In this document: piece after piece, positions 1 through 22,127 of the stretch | How the letters are laid out: every line of letters starts with the position of its first letter | How positions within the stretch are numbered: position 1 is the stretch's first letter | NCBI GenBank assembly: GCA_033442325.1 | Contig: JAWQFM010000015.1 | Coordinates: 504,318-568,317, forward strand | Source: Salpingoeca rosetta | Taxonomy: Eukaryota; Protista; Choanoflagellata | DNA length: 64,000 nt | Reading direction: 5' to 3' | Notes under the pieces: model-generated | The model's database searches: none | What the model was told of the DNA's origin: nothing | What the model saw: the letters and a program-made list of their open reading frames with translations, nothing else | Translations under genes and position numbers: made by a program

Positions 1-48
1 CCCATTGTGATTTACGGTAGCTCTCGTGTTTGCCGCCCGCTCACGCGC

Positions 49-81
<33 letters not shown>

Positions 82-114
82 CCACATGTTCTTATTCACC
101 AATTATTTTTGTAG

Positions 115-529
115 TTGTGATTGATGAGGCTGCTGCCATTCCACTCCCACTGGTCAAGGACCTCATGGGCCCTTACATTGTCTTTATGGCGTCAACTATC
201 AACGGGTAAGCACACACACGCACGTTGCAGCTATCATTTGTGTGTTAAACGTGTCTGCGGAAGCAAACACAGAACTAGCTGACACGCCCCCATCACCACC
301 ATCAATGATCACGATCAAGAGAGCGCTCGCATTCTGCTCACGGCCACGCGCTTGTATGTGTGTGACGTGTTTGTGTTGTGTCGTTGTTGTACAGCTATGA
401 GGGTACTGGACGCTCGCTGTCACTCAAACTGATCCAGCAGCTACGCAAGCAGGCTGGTGTGGCAGCATCAAAGGGCGCCACGCACTCCAAGCTCCGCGAG
501 CTCACCCTTGACATCCCAATCAGGTTTGT

Positions 530-616
<87 letters not shown>

Positions 617-3600
617 GGATGTGATGCAGAACGTTTTCAAGTTGACAGAACATATCACGTGTTGAATGTCAAAACAATTTTCACCATCTATCGGCTGATC
701 CCCGTTGTCATGTCGCGTGCGCTCCCTCGCGCACAATCATTACGTCGCTTCCGCTCACCAACACACGTTCACTGTCTCCTGGTCGCCGTCTACAAACCCC
801 TTACTTTTATGCTCGCACACGCACGCACACACACAGGTATGCTGCCAACGATCCCGTGGAGGCGTGGCTTAACGGCCTGCTGTGCCTTGACAGCACCATC
901 GCGCCGCCGTCTGCTGGCGCCTGCCCGCACCCGTCCGCGTGCGACCTCTACTCCATTGACCGCGACACGCTCTTTTCCTACAACAAGGTCTCCGAAGTGT
1001 TCCTGCAGCGCATGGTTGCCCTCTACGTCGCATCCCACTACAGAGTACGTCCATCACAACTGCCACCATACCAAACACATCGTTGTTGCGCGTTGTTGCT
1101 GTTGTTGTTGTCGTCGTCGTCGTCGTCTTTGCTGTTGTTGTTGTCGCTGCTGTTGGATGCTTGCTTGCTTTGCTGAATGAAAACACCTGTGTTTTTGTCT
1201 CTTGGCCCACCCTTGAGGTGCTATGATGATGACTAGTTCAAATTTACTTAGACATGCAACTGAATCATTCTTGATGATCTCTTGGCAATGTCTGAGTACC
1301 TCAAAACCCTCCCTCCCTTGGCGGCCCACACCCTTACTCGTTTGAATGTGTCTCCTCTGAGCTTGTTGAATCGTCGTCGATCGCACTTTGCATCCACTTG
1401 TCCAGCGCTCACGCCTCCCACATGCATGTGCCCGTTGCCACACCACCAGAACACGCCCAACGACCTGCAGCTGTTGTCGGATGCACCCGCGCACCGAGTC
1501 TTCTGCCTCCTCGCCCCAATCACCAACCCACAGGAACTCCCAGAGATCCTCTGCGTCATCCAGGTATGCCCGTGCGCTTCTCTGTGCTGGTGTGCGTTGG
1601 TGTACGTGTGTGTGTTTGTTGGTGTGTTGGTGTGGCTTGTGTCGCGCGATTGTGATGCCTGCTGTACACTCTGACACATTACTTTGCCATCGACGCTCAT
1701 CTGCGTTACCTGGTTTTTCCCACCCCCGATTTTCTCAGGTTGCCCTGGAAGGTGAGATTTCGGCCAAGACGGTCAGAGCGACACTGAAACAAGGCATCAA
1801 GCAGGCTGGTGACCTCATTCCTTGGACAATTTGCCAACAGGTATGCCTCGCTCGTGGTGCCCAAGTGCTGACGTTTCTGATGACGATTGTTGGTTGCGTG
1901 CACCTGGAGTATCAATTGGCGCATGCCCTCCATGATATGTTTCGTGTCTCACTGTGTGTGTGCTTGTCTTTCTGTCAGTATCAAGATGACGACTTTGGCC
2001 AACTGTCGGGTGCTCGTATCGTTCGAATCGCCACCCATCCTGGTGAGTTTAGCACCGTGTGTGTGTGTGTGTGTTTGTCTGTCTGTGTCCGTGTGTATTC
2101 GTGTGTTCTCATCGCAGAACAATGTGTGCCATCATGCCGCGTGATGTGTGCCATCATGCCAGGCCATTCCCAGTCACTGACTCATGCGCTTGCACATCTG
2201 CATGCACAACACCCAACAAACACGCTGTACAGACTATCAGGGCATGGGTTATGGAAAGCGCGCCATTGAGCAACTGAAGGCGTTCTATGACGGCAAACTT
2301 CTGGAGTGAGTCCATCTTCCCTTAAATGCGTGCTTCTTTCTTTCGCTGGCTGGTGACCGCATCTGTGCGTTGTGCCTGTGTTTGCGTTTTCTCCACTGTG
2401 CACTCATCGGTGTTCCATCCACCTCCATCTGATATGGTGCAGCCTCTCTGAATCTGGCACGCGCGAGAAGATTGAGGCCCACAGCTTGGAACTTCATGAG
2501 GGTAATGAATGCGTGTTGTTGTTGCATCAACCGGCTTCGTCTGGACCACCTACCTCCGTTGCTCTCCGAACATGTTCCGTTTATTTCGCACATGTCGCCA
2601 TCCCCCCCCCCAGTATTTCCTCTCTGCTTCCTTCCTCCCCTCCCCCCTACCCTAATCCTGCACTTCCCTTGCTGAGAAGACGCGATCGAGCCGGGCGCAG
2701 CTGCCACGCCACACCTTTGTGTGGCCGTGTGCTTCAAGGCCCCTCAATGACGATTGCGACACGGCGAGCCACCCAGTGGCGGGGAAGAAGAACAATCCTC
2801 ACTGTGCCCCGCCTTTTTTTTGCGCGCGATGCCTCCCATCATCTACCCCATGTGCTGTCGCTTCCATGTGACGCACGTGTGGTGGCTTTGATGATGTGTC
2901 GTTTGGGCTTGGTGTACTCGGGGGCTCTTGGTGTCGGTGTTCACTTGCTTCGTCAAGTGATTCATGAGGCTGCTGAACCACTTTCCTAATGTTCCCTGGC
3001 ATGCCCTCACGCCGATGCGTGCCCCCACAAACCCTACTCTTCACCACCTCTTGCTTCTCTCCCTTTTCCTTTCCTTTCTTGCCTTCTTCCGTGCCGTTGT
3101 GTGTTTCTCTCATTTGTTGTACTGTCTTTCCTGTGTTTTCATTCCATCGCACCCTGGTATGCCCTCACACTTGCGGCGCTGTGTGCTGCTGTCCCCGCCT
3201 TTCCTTTCCCTCGTTTGCCACACCAGAGGACCACGAGTCGCTGACGCCGCGGAAGAACCTTCCACCGCTCATTCGCAAGCTGGACGAGCTTGAGCCGGAT
3301 ACGCTCGACTATCTTGGCGTGTCATACGGCGCCACGCCTTCCCTCTACAAGTTCTGGAAGAAGTGCGGGTTTGCGCCCTTCTACATGCGTCAGACCGCTG
3401 TGAGTTGCATGTCCTCTTCGTGGTCGTCGTATGGTGCTTGTGCGTGTGTGCGTGTGTGTGTGTGTGTTCTCGCTTGTGCGTACGTACGTCGGCAGTCGTC
3501 CTGCTCTGATGGCTTTCTTGGTTTGTTGTTACGATGCTTCCTTCCCACCCCGCTCTCCTTTCGTTGTTTACGGTGACGGGTTGCTCTATCGCCCTTGCTC

Positions 3601-6129
3601 ACGTGTGTTCGCGCTGTTGAATGATGCAGAACGATCTTACTGGCGAGCACACGTGCATCATGCTCAACCCGCTGGAGACAGCGCGCCTGAACGGCAAGTG
3701 GCTTCGCTCCTACTGGCTCGATTTCCAGCAGCGTTACATGGTCCTCCTTGGCTCTGCCTTCCGCGTAAGTTCTCGTGTTTTGTTTGTGTCAGTGTGAGGG
3801 GGCGGGTAGAACACGTATCTATTGTGTTCATTTGTCACGTGCGTGTTGTGTATATATGTGAATGTTCGCCAACCAACAATGTGCATTCATCAAAGTGTGA
3901 GCGATTGGCAACCTCACCGCGTGTGTTCTCACTTTTCCTTTTCGCTCTCGTTTCGTTTGCACGCATGCGCTTGCTCATGTCATGTCAGCATTTTCCGCCG
4001 GCACTCGGTCTTGGTGTTCTCGAGCCCGTCCCATGTGTTTCCCTGGAAGATGACGAAGAAGAGGAGCAGAAACGTGAGTGACACAGGACAGCATACGCCA
4101 TGCTGTATATGCGCAAGCGTGTGTGCGTGTGCGTGTGTGTAACTATGTACGCGCCTCTGTCTTGTGCTTGTATATGTCTATGGCATGATCGCACCTTTTG
4201 TGTTGGCTGCTTGGTTGTGTCAGCTCTAGCTCACATGCAGCCACTCCCTGATCTGCGTGATGCTATCATCTCAACCCGCGCTCCTCACTACAGATTTGCT
4301 GACAGTCGATGAGCTGATGACGCATTTCACGCCACACGATCTCAAGCGCCTCCAGGCATATGTCAACCAGATGGCGGACTTCCACATCATCCTCGACCTC
4401 GTTCCACGCGGTTCGTGGCTGCGGCGGTGTTGTGATGCGTGTGCGTGTGTCTGTGATTTGGTTGTTTGGTTAGGTTACGTAGTACCTGCCAACCGCCTTT
4501 GTGCCGGTATGATTTGGTCGCACGCACACTTACAGGTGGTCACCTTTGTTATTTGCTCGCTCTCTGTTGTAGCTGCACGATTGTTCTTCACCCAGAAGCT
4601 GCCGGTGCGCATCTCGCCAGCGCAGCAGGCCATCTTGCTTGGCCTGGGTCTCCAACACAAGGTGGGCGACCTTGCAACTTCTGGGTTAATGCTGCTGCTC
4701 TTCTTGCTGTGTGCCGCTCGCTTGCCACGTGCATGTATGCTTGCGTTGTGGTGTATCACCTGAGCCGTTCGCACATTCACACACACACGCACACGCACAG
4801 ACGATTGAGGACCTTGAGAAGGGCATGGGTCTTGGCTCGGCGCAGCTGCTTGGTGAGTAGTTCTTAATCGCACTGTGCGTGTGTTTTGATGGTCATGTTC
4901 GTCGTCCTTGTGTACCGTCGCTCACAGCTGTGTGTGTGTGTGCAACTTTGACCAGGGCTGTTCCGGCGTGCCGTTGAACAAATCAACAAGGCGTTTAGGC
5001 GCCTCCGGGAAAAGCACATTGAGGCACAGCTGCCAAAGACACGGGTGAGTCAGCCTTTGTTGTTGCGCTCTCGATTGTGGTGTCTTGTTTGCTTCCTTGC
5101 ATGGCTCGTGCTCCCATGACAACAGCGTCTTGCGGATTTGGTGCTAAAATTCACTTCACGCTCATCGTTTTGTGTACAAATACCGCACGCACGCGCGCGC
5201 ACACACACACACACACGCATGCAGCTTGAGTTTGCTGGCGAGGCTGTTGAGGAGAACCTTGAAGAGCAGCTGGAGGAGGCTGGTCGCGAGGAGATGAAGA
5301 AGCTGGAGGAGGAAGAGCACACCGAACAAGTCGACCAGGAGCGAAGAGAGCTGTACGTGTGTGTGCGTGAATGCGTGCTCAAAGGCTTATTTTGTTTTGT
5401 CGTGCTTGGAACAGAATCGAAGCTCATGCTGTTGTTGCATTTTTCCTTGCTTCTCTCACGTCGGCTCACTTGATGACGCAACAGGCTGCTGCAAACGTTC
5501 TCCAAGTACTCGATTGACGTGGATGATGAGACGTTCGAGAAGGTATATGCTTTGTGTGTGTGTGTGTGTGTGTGTGTGGTCATCAAGTACGCAGACTGAA
5601 CAGGCTTGCTCGTGTCCGGCGTGATTAAGCACGAATATCTCACGTGCGTGTGTTTGCTGTGTTCGCATGTTCGATCCATCTCTCTCTTCGCTTTGATGCA
5701 GGCTGTGAGTGGCAAGACCGAAGTCAGTCGCGTCAGCATTCCAAGGAAGCAGGAACTCAAGCCCGCGGTACGTTTGCATGGGTCTGCAAAGTCACGCGTG
5801 CTTCCGCACACTCGCACGCCCCTTTATCCTTGCCGTATTCCGACACATGTGTGTTGTTGATTCTCATTCTCCATCTCTCATTGTCACACTCACACTCGCC
5901 CACACACTTGCTCACGCGACCACTGATACAGGGAGAGGACGATGGCGCGAAGAGGCGCGCTGACGACGATGCTGACGAGTTTGACATGAAGGGGAAAAAG
6001 GCGAAGAAGGGCAAGAAGTCGAACAAGAGCACACCGAGCAAGAAGGGCAAGAAGGGAACACCGAGCAAGAAGGACAAGGGCACGCCTGGGAAGAAGAAGA
6101 AGGGCGGAAAGAAGGGCGGGCGGCAGTAG
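115..6129 (+). CDS. NAT10: RNA cytidine acetyltransferase NAT10/Kre33, multi-exon, 5' part outside the window
   Basis: Spliced exons give VIDEAAAIPLPLVKDLMGPYIVFMASTING|YEGTGRSLSLKLIQQLR, YAANDPVEAWLNGLLCLD, LYVASHYR|NTPNDLQLLSDAPAH, GDLIPW, GARIVRIATHP|DYQGMGYG and LDYLGVSYGATPSLYKFWKKCGFAPFYMRQT, all hallmark Kre33/NAT10 helicase and GNAT motifs. Lys-rich tail; TAG at 6127-6129. Confidence 0.96.
614..704 (+). ncRNA. Intronic box C/D snoRNA, snR39/SNORD32/SNORD51-like guide to 28S rRNA
   Basis: Perfect terminal stem CGGGGA(614-619)/TCCCCG(699-704), C-like box GTGATGC 621-627, D box CTGA 695-698. The guide TTCACCATCTATCGG is antisense (1 mismatch) to the conserved LSU sequence CCGAAAGAUGGUGAA. 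Confidence 0.85.
1213..1304 (+). ncRNA. Intronic box C/D snoRNA with an 18S-antisense D' guide
   Basis: Terminal stem TTGAGGTGC/GTACCTCAA, C box ATGATGA 1223-1229, D' CTGA 1260-1263, C' TTGATGA 1271-1277, D CTGA 1292-1295. D' guide TACTTAGACATGCA is antisense to conserved 18S UGCAUGUCUAAGUA. Confidence 0.9.
2881..2982 (+). ncRNA. Probable intronic box C/D snoRNA (target unassigned)
   Basis: C-like box TTGATGA 2888-2894, D box CTGA 2973-2976, short closing stem GTGG/CCAC and internal hairpin CACTTG..CAAGTG. About 100 nt, in a NAT10 intron. Confidence 0.5.
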
Positions 6130-6369
6130 GCAGCAGCAGCAGCTTGCCAGGCTACAGCACGATTTTATTTTTGTTTTGCTGGAAGCACTTCCTTTTCAAC
6201 TTGTCTCGCTTCGCCTCACCTGTTGTTCATAATTTTCTTTCGACCATTCATTTGCCATAGTGTACAAACGAGGTTGCGCCTCTGTAGTTTCGACTTTGTA
6301 TCTGTTCAGGACTAAAAGACTTGTTTCACTCGAGATTAAACCCAGTTCCACCGAAAGACTAAACCCACG

Positions 6370-6383
6370 TTTTCCCGCCAAAA
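6370..6383. promoter_or_regulatory. E2F-type binding site TTTTCCCGCCAAAA
   Basis: Exact match to the E2F consensus (TTTCCCGC, reverse strand TTTTGGCGGGAAAA), about 250 bp upstream of the ATG at 6632. Confidence 0.6.
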
Positions 6384-6631
6384 CGCCACTCACCCCTGCT
6401 TTGGCCTGCACACCAGCCCCCAGCATTCATTGTCTCAGTGGCTTACTTCCTTCCCCCTCTCCCTTCCCTTCTGTCACTGACCTTGTGTTCAACTCCCTCA
6501 CCCCTTCTAACCCTTCCATCACTTCACCACCTGCACCCGTTGTGAGGGTGCCATCCTCCCTCATCCCTCCTCCCTCGTTCCCGGTACCAGGGTACCTTCC
6601 GTTTCCTCGTTCCACACAGACACACATCACC

Positions 6632-9012
6632 ATGCAGCGCGTTCGCACGGTGCAGGCTGAGATGAGCCGCCTGCAGCACCAACACCACCAACACCACCAT
6701 GACAGCAAAACACTCTCCGCATATGACCTCAACCATGGCCTGAAACAGCTGCAGCGGCACCGCAAGCAGCTTGAGACCAAACTCAGCTCTGCCGAGGAGC
6801 AGGTCAAACACCTCACCGACACCATCGCAACCATTGAAAAGTCCAGGCGTTCCTTGCAAGTGAGTTTCTGGCGCTGCGCACGATTGCTACCGCTGCTGTC
6901 GTGTTGTGCAGTGAGCAAGGAAGTCATGCCCATACCGTTGCATTTGCAAACATCGCCATTGCTTTGCACTGTCACGCAACACCATGACGTTGTCCACTCT
7001 CATCGTCCCTGGTTACCTCTGTTTATTCGTATCTCACAGCGCCAGAATGACAAGTTGGATGCCGACCTGCGAATGCGAGAGAGCGAATTGGAGACCTTTG
7101 CTCGAAAGGTGAGATACCTGCGTGCACTGCTGCATGAATGTATCTGTGTTGCTAGTGCACTTGCGAGAACTTCCACGGGTTGAACCCGTGGAATCAAGTC
7201 ATCGACAGAGCCAGAGCCTTCTCCTGCTGTTCTTGGCACCGTTTCACATGCATGTACGCTCACCTCTCACTCCAACACCCGCCTTGCCCCACGCCATGCA
7301 TGTGTCACGCTTGCAGTTTGACTTTGTCAAGACGCACACTCATATGGCTGTCGCCACGAGCGAGGATTGCCGCAAGCTCTTCGACACGCTGTCAGCCTTC
7401 AAGGCTGACATGGAAACCACCATTCAGCAACAGGACGATGAGCTGGATGAAGTTCGCGCCAGCTATAAAGCGCTTGCAGGTGTGATGGCTCAGTTGTTTG
7501 CTTGCACTGTTTGGCCCTCTTCTTTGACAAGAGGGGCATTGCTGGGCTTCGTGGTAAGGGGAACATCCCACCGGGGCCAGCCTAGTTGCGAAGGTTGCTG
7601 GGTGTTGTGCCCTTGCTGCTTTTTTGCCGCCAGTGTTGTGCTGTTGCTGCTCGCCAACTTGCCCGCCGCTGCTTCGAGACCCGCGAGATGTTTGGTGTCG
7701 ACCGACTCACCCGTGTGCTCTGGGTTATTCGTTCACTTGCTTGCAGAATCCAAGCAGGAACTGACGGCTGCCAAGGCGACCCTCATGGCGCGCGTGGAGG
7801 AGCTTGAGCAAGCCTTGCAGGCGCAGAAGAAGACGCTGAATGAAGCGCTGCTCGCCAAGCAGCGGGAGGTTGAGGCCTTGGATCAGCGTCTCGCAAACAC
7901 CAACACTCAGCTCACCAACACCAAAGGTAACACAGAGCAACTCTGCCATTGTCTGTGAAGACAGCCTTGGGGTTGATGTGCAACAGCATGCCAGGAGGGA
8001 GACAGGGGCCGAGAGCCCCATGGTGATGTACCTTCTCTGTCGCCATTCGCCATGCCAGCTTACCATCATGTGTTCAATTGGAATCATCCTCGGCATGTAC
8101 CTCACAACACACACATACACACACATTCACACATTCACACTTACACACTCTTACACACACACTCACACACACTCCCTCTCTTTGTCTCGACTTGTTCGCG
8201 ACTCCCTTCTTGGACAGAGGAGCTGCAGGCTTGGAAATACAAACATGACAAGGCCACGAGCGACATTGAGGGCCTGAAGAGCCGCCTTGAAGCGACTCAA
8301 ACTCAACTCAGTGACTCACGTGACGAATCCCAGCAGCTACAAGCGAAGCTTGCCAAAGCCAAAGGTGCGCCGCTTTGATATTGACTCTGCTGTGTCCAGT
8401 CGTCTGTTGGTACAGTCTTTCCTCACAGGATCTGACGTTAGTCTTTTCCCCCTGCCGCTCTGCTTCTTGCATGCATCCGCTCTTCACGCTATCTCGCCCT
8501 GGTTCTGGGTTGCATACGCCACCACCCTCCTTTCCATCTGTACATGCAACGAATTACAGAGGAGCATGCAAAGGAGCTGGAAGCCGCTCGGCAAGCAAAA
8601 GACGCTGCCGAGGCTGACCTGAATGCCCAGCTGGGTACGGCTCAGGCCAGCCTACAGGCCAGCAACGACGAGCTGGCCAAGCTGAAAGCGCACTGGTCTG
8701 CCAACGCCAGCGCCTGGACAGCACAGGCACAGGATCACGCCCTCGCCTTGGACGCTCTCAGCGTCGTCATCCAGCAGCAAGACCGCAACCTGCTGCAGTC
8801 TCGTAAGCAGCATCACGATGCAACTGCCACCATCACTTCACTGCAAGGTCGGTACCCCTGCCTGTGCAAGGTGTAGTGTGGGCGGGCTTCTCAGCGAAAG
8901 TGGTCCGCAAGCCTTGAGTCTTCCCTTTCGAGCCTCACAGCATGACCGCGGCTGTCTCTCACCATACACACACATGCACACGCACACACACACACATGCA
9001 CACAACACCACA

Positions 9013-9045
<33 letters not shown>

Positions 9046-9885
9046 CACACAACACCACACCACACACACACACACAAACACACACACATACTCTCTCGCG
9101 CTGCGAAATGTGAAGATGTGTTGGGCAAGGCCAAAGGCAACGTGGAAGAGCTCACGGCGGCACTCAAGCAAGCAACCGACGAAGGCGCAAAGCTTCAAAA
9201 AGCGGTCAGCGAGAAGGACACGCTCATCACTGCAAACCATGAGCGCATCGCGGCGCTGGAACAGCAGGTGCTCGCAATGCAAGGTACGTACACGACCGTG
9301 GTTGAGGCCTGGTGCCGGTCTAGCCTTGACACAGTTGCATTCACACAGCTGCATTCACACGCGCACACTCAGTTGTATCCACACGCGCACACGCAGTTGT
9401 ATCCACACACACACCAGATAGACAGACAGACAGACAGAGAGACGCACACACTCACACAGAGAGACGCACACAAAGGAACGAGTCACAACTTACCACCCTT
9501 TCCTTGTGCAACTGGCGTGACAGAGGAAAAGGCAAAGCACGCCAAGGCAATGGAGGAATCAGTCACACAGGCACAGCAGGAGTGCCGTGATTTGGAGAAC
9601 AGGCTCAAGGAGATTGAGGCCACCTTCAAAGAAGCAACTGAGGTCAGGGGCATATGTTGCGGGGCAAGGGAATTGGCTGCTAAGGGGTGACAGGGAGGAT
9701 GGAGAGAGGGTCAGCAAAGTTGTGCTGAGGAGAATCACCCGACACTCGCACCTACACATGCGGCAAGCGTGATCCACTCGTTCACATGAAACCACCCACA
9801 CCCACCCACACCCACCCACCCACCCACCCACCGACCCACCGACCCACACACACACCCACCCACCCACCGACCCACCGACCCACAC

Positions 9886-9975
<90 letters not shown>

Positions 9976-10472
9976 CCCACTTCCGGTAGGAACTGTCGGC
10001 CAAGCTGAAGGTGCAGACGGAAGCGAGCACTGCGCTGGAGAAGCAGGTGCAGGAGAAGGAGGCCAAGCTGGCAGAGGTGGAGAGCACGCTCGCTGCCACA
10101 CAAGAGGCACGCGACAAAGGTAAAGCCGGTCAGGACGAGCTGCAGGCCACTGTTGCCAAGCTGCAAGCAGAGCTTCTGGAGGCCAAGGCCATCAAGGAGC
10201 AAGATGCCATGTGGAAGGACAAGGCTGAGGACTTTGAGGCGCAGTGTACAGCTCTACAGGCGGAGGTGAAGCGAGTGACGGAAGCAAAGGAGGTCGCTGC
10301 GCGCAAGATGGGCTCCGTCCTCGACAAGCATGCGGTGTGTAAAACAAGGAGGAGGAGAGAAAGGGAGACAGCTTGCGTGTGTGTGTGTGTATGAACACGT
10401 GTGCTGCTGCGCAATGACGGTGGGCATGAGAGGGTCAGGGAAGAACTCCCTTCGACACCTACCTTGTCCCAT

Positions 10473-10571
<99 letters not shown>

Positions 10572-10957
10572 GCACATAGCTGGAAGCCAAGCGTGCCAAG
10601 GAAGACCTTGCGAAGGAGAAGCAGATCGTGGCTACACTGAAGAAAGAGCTCGAGGAAGCTGTTGCCAAAGCCAGCAAGTTTGAACTCATGGCTGAAGCGG
10701 CAGACAAAGCAGTACCGCCCGCAGCTTCGCCCAGCACCACTTCTCGTGCCACTGCGCACACACCTCGCACACCTTGCACCCCACGCACGCCCCTCGCTCC
10801 CCACACACCGCGTGCCAAAACCAAACGCCAGCCCGTCTCCCCAGACTCGCCTCCAAGCTCTGCGTCCGACAGCGAAGCCAAGGTAACAAGACATGGACCC
10901 CCGTGCAAAAGTAACGAGAACAACACATGTCCCCCAACACCAAAACACACACACACA

Positions 10958-11008
<51 letters not shown>

Positions 11009-11390
11009 GCACAACACACACACACACACGCATACACTCACTGTTGCGATGCATGCGCTGGATGCTGCCCAAACAGGATGATGTGGCAGTGGAGCCACCG
11101 AAGCCACGGTCGACTCCAAGCACAGTTGCGCCGAGTTTCCCCGTGCCAGCGCGGAAGAAGGTCAGCAAAACCCCGCGCGCGAGCCAGCAGCAAACGCGTC
11201 GCAAGGCTGCTGCAACCCCCAAGACGCCAAGTACGCCACGGACGCGCAAGCGCACCACCACATCAACACCGAAAGCGCCCGTTGCCGCCACGCCAAAGCC
11301 AACCAGCACACCGCGCGGCAAACGCACCTCCGCAACGCCCAAGCTCGCCTCCAAGGCGCCCAAACGACGCACCAAGGTAAGCCAGCCGCT

Positions 11391-11434
<44 letters not shown>

Positions 11435-11772
11435 CACATGATATGGAGGGTGGAGTGGGTCTAATCACAAACCAAGACAGAAGCCCATGCAAGGGTGAAC
11501 ACACCAACACAAGGGTGGCGGAAAAGGAATCAAGAATGTTTGTAACTCACGCAATGATGGTGCATGCTTGTTTGCAATGCACATGGAATGGACAGGATGT
11601 GGCACGAGTGCAAGAGGCGGACGAGTATGCTTTTGCAGATGCAGAGAAGACGCCATCGGCGTCGAGGTTCTCACGGCACCGCAGCCGCCGCGCCATCGCC
11701 CCAGCGCTTCCGCGCAAGGAGCAGCAGCAGCAGTGGGACTTCATGTTTGGCTTTGCGCCATCGTCTCCATGA
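6632..11772 (+). CDS. ~830-aa coiled-coil protein with basic S/T-P-rich C-terminal tail (about 12 exons); candidate SYCP1/Zip1/ZYP1-like transverse filament
   Basis: In-frame GT-AG exons encode continuous heptad-rich helix (LKQLQRHRKQLETKLSSAEEQVKHL ... ATLKKELEEAVAK). This is followed by ~220 aa rich in K/R/T/P (about ten TP[KR]), a DEYAF motif at 11620-11634, and ...WDFMFGFAPSSP*. Confidence 0.8.
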
Positions 11773-11776
11773 TCTG

Positions 11777-21731
<9,955 letters not shown>

Positions 21732-21823
21732 CGTGATGTTGGATGCTGTCCTGCGTGTTCACTGGTGCCGTTGAGGGGTGTATGAGACCGTTTTTTCTTG
21801 CTTTCTTCTCTTCTTTTTTTTTT

Positions 21824-21905
<82 letters not shown>

Positions 21906-22070
21906 ATGTGCACAACGCACTGAAGAGGTGTCTTCTTCTTCTCCAAGCAGCTGCAGCGGCGTTGTTGTTGTTGCTTTGATGATGGAGTTTGGAGTTCACT
22001 CAAGCGTGGAGCGGCGAGCAAACAAAACACACGGAGCGAAAAGCAAACAGGCAACTGCTTCTACACAGGA

Positions 22071-22122
<52 letters not shown>

Positions 22123-22127
22123 CACGG

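Noticed and set aside
228-284. Hairpin CAGCTA...TAGCTG followed by ACA (also a hairpin at 5131-5206) as H/ACA RNAs
   Set aside because: ACA is ubiquitous in this CA-rich DNA, and no complete hairpin-H-hairpin-ACA layout or target was found.
2122-2180. 17-nt direct repeat ATGTGTGCCATCATGCC with GTGATGT...CTGA
   Set aside because: Too short for a C/D snoRNA and no guide found; likely a local duplication.
3526-3534. TTGTTACGA in a NAT10 intron, resembling the SNORD13/U13 antisense to the 18S 3' end
   Set aside because: Only 9 nt, with no convincing C/D boxes or terminal stem around it; probably chance.
9091-9115. Apparent non-canonical CG acceptor before AAKCEDV
   Set aside because: A phase-compatible canonical AG (tgtgaag|AT) lies 15 nt downstream.
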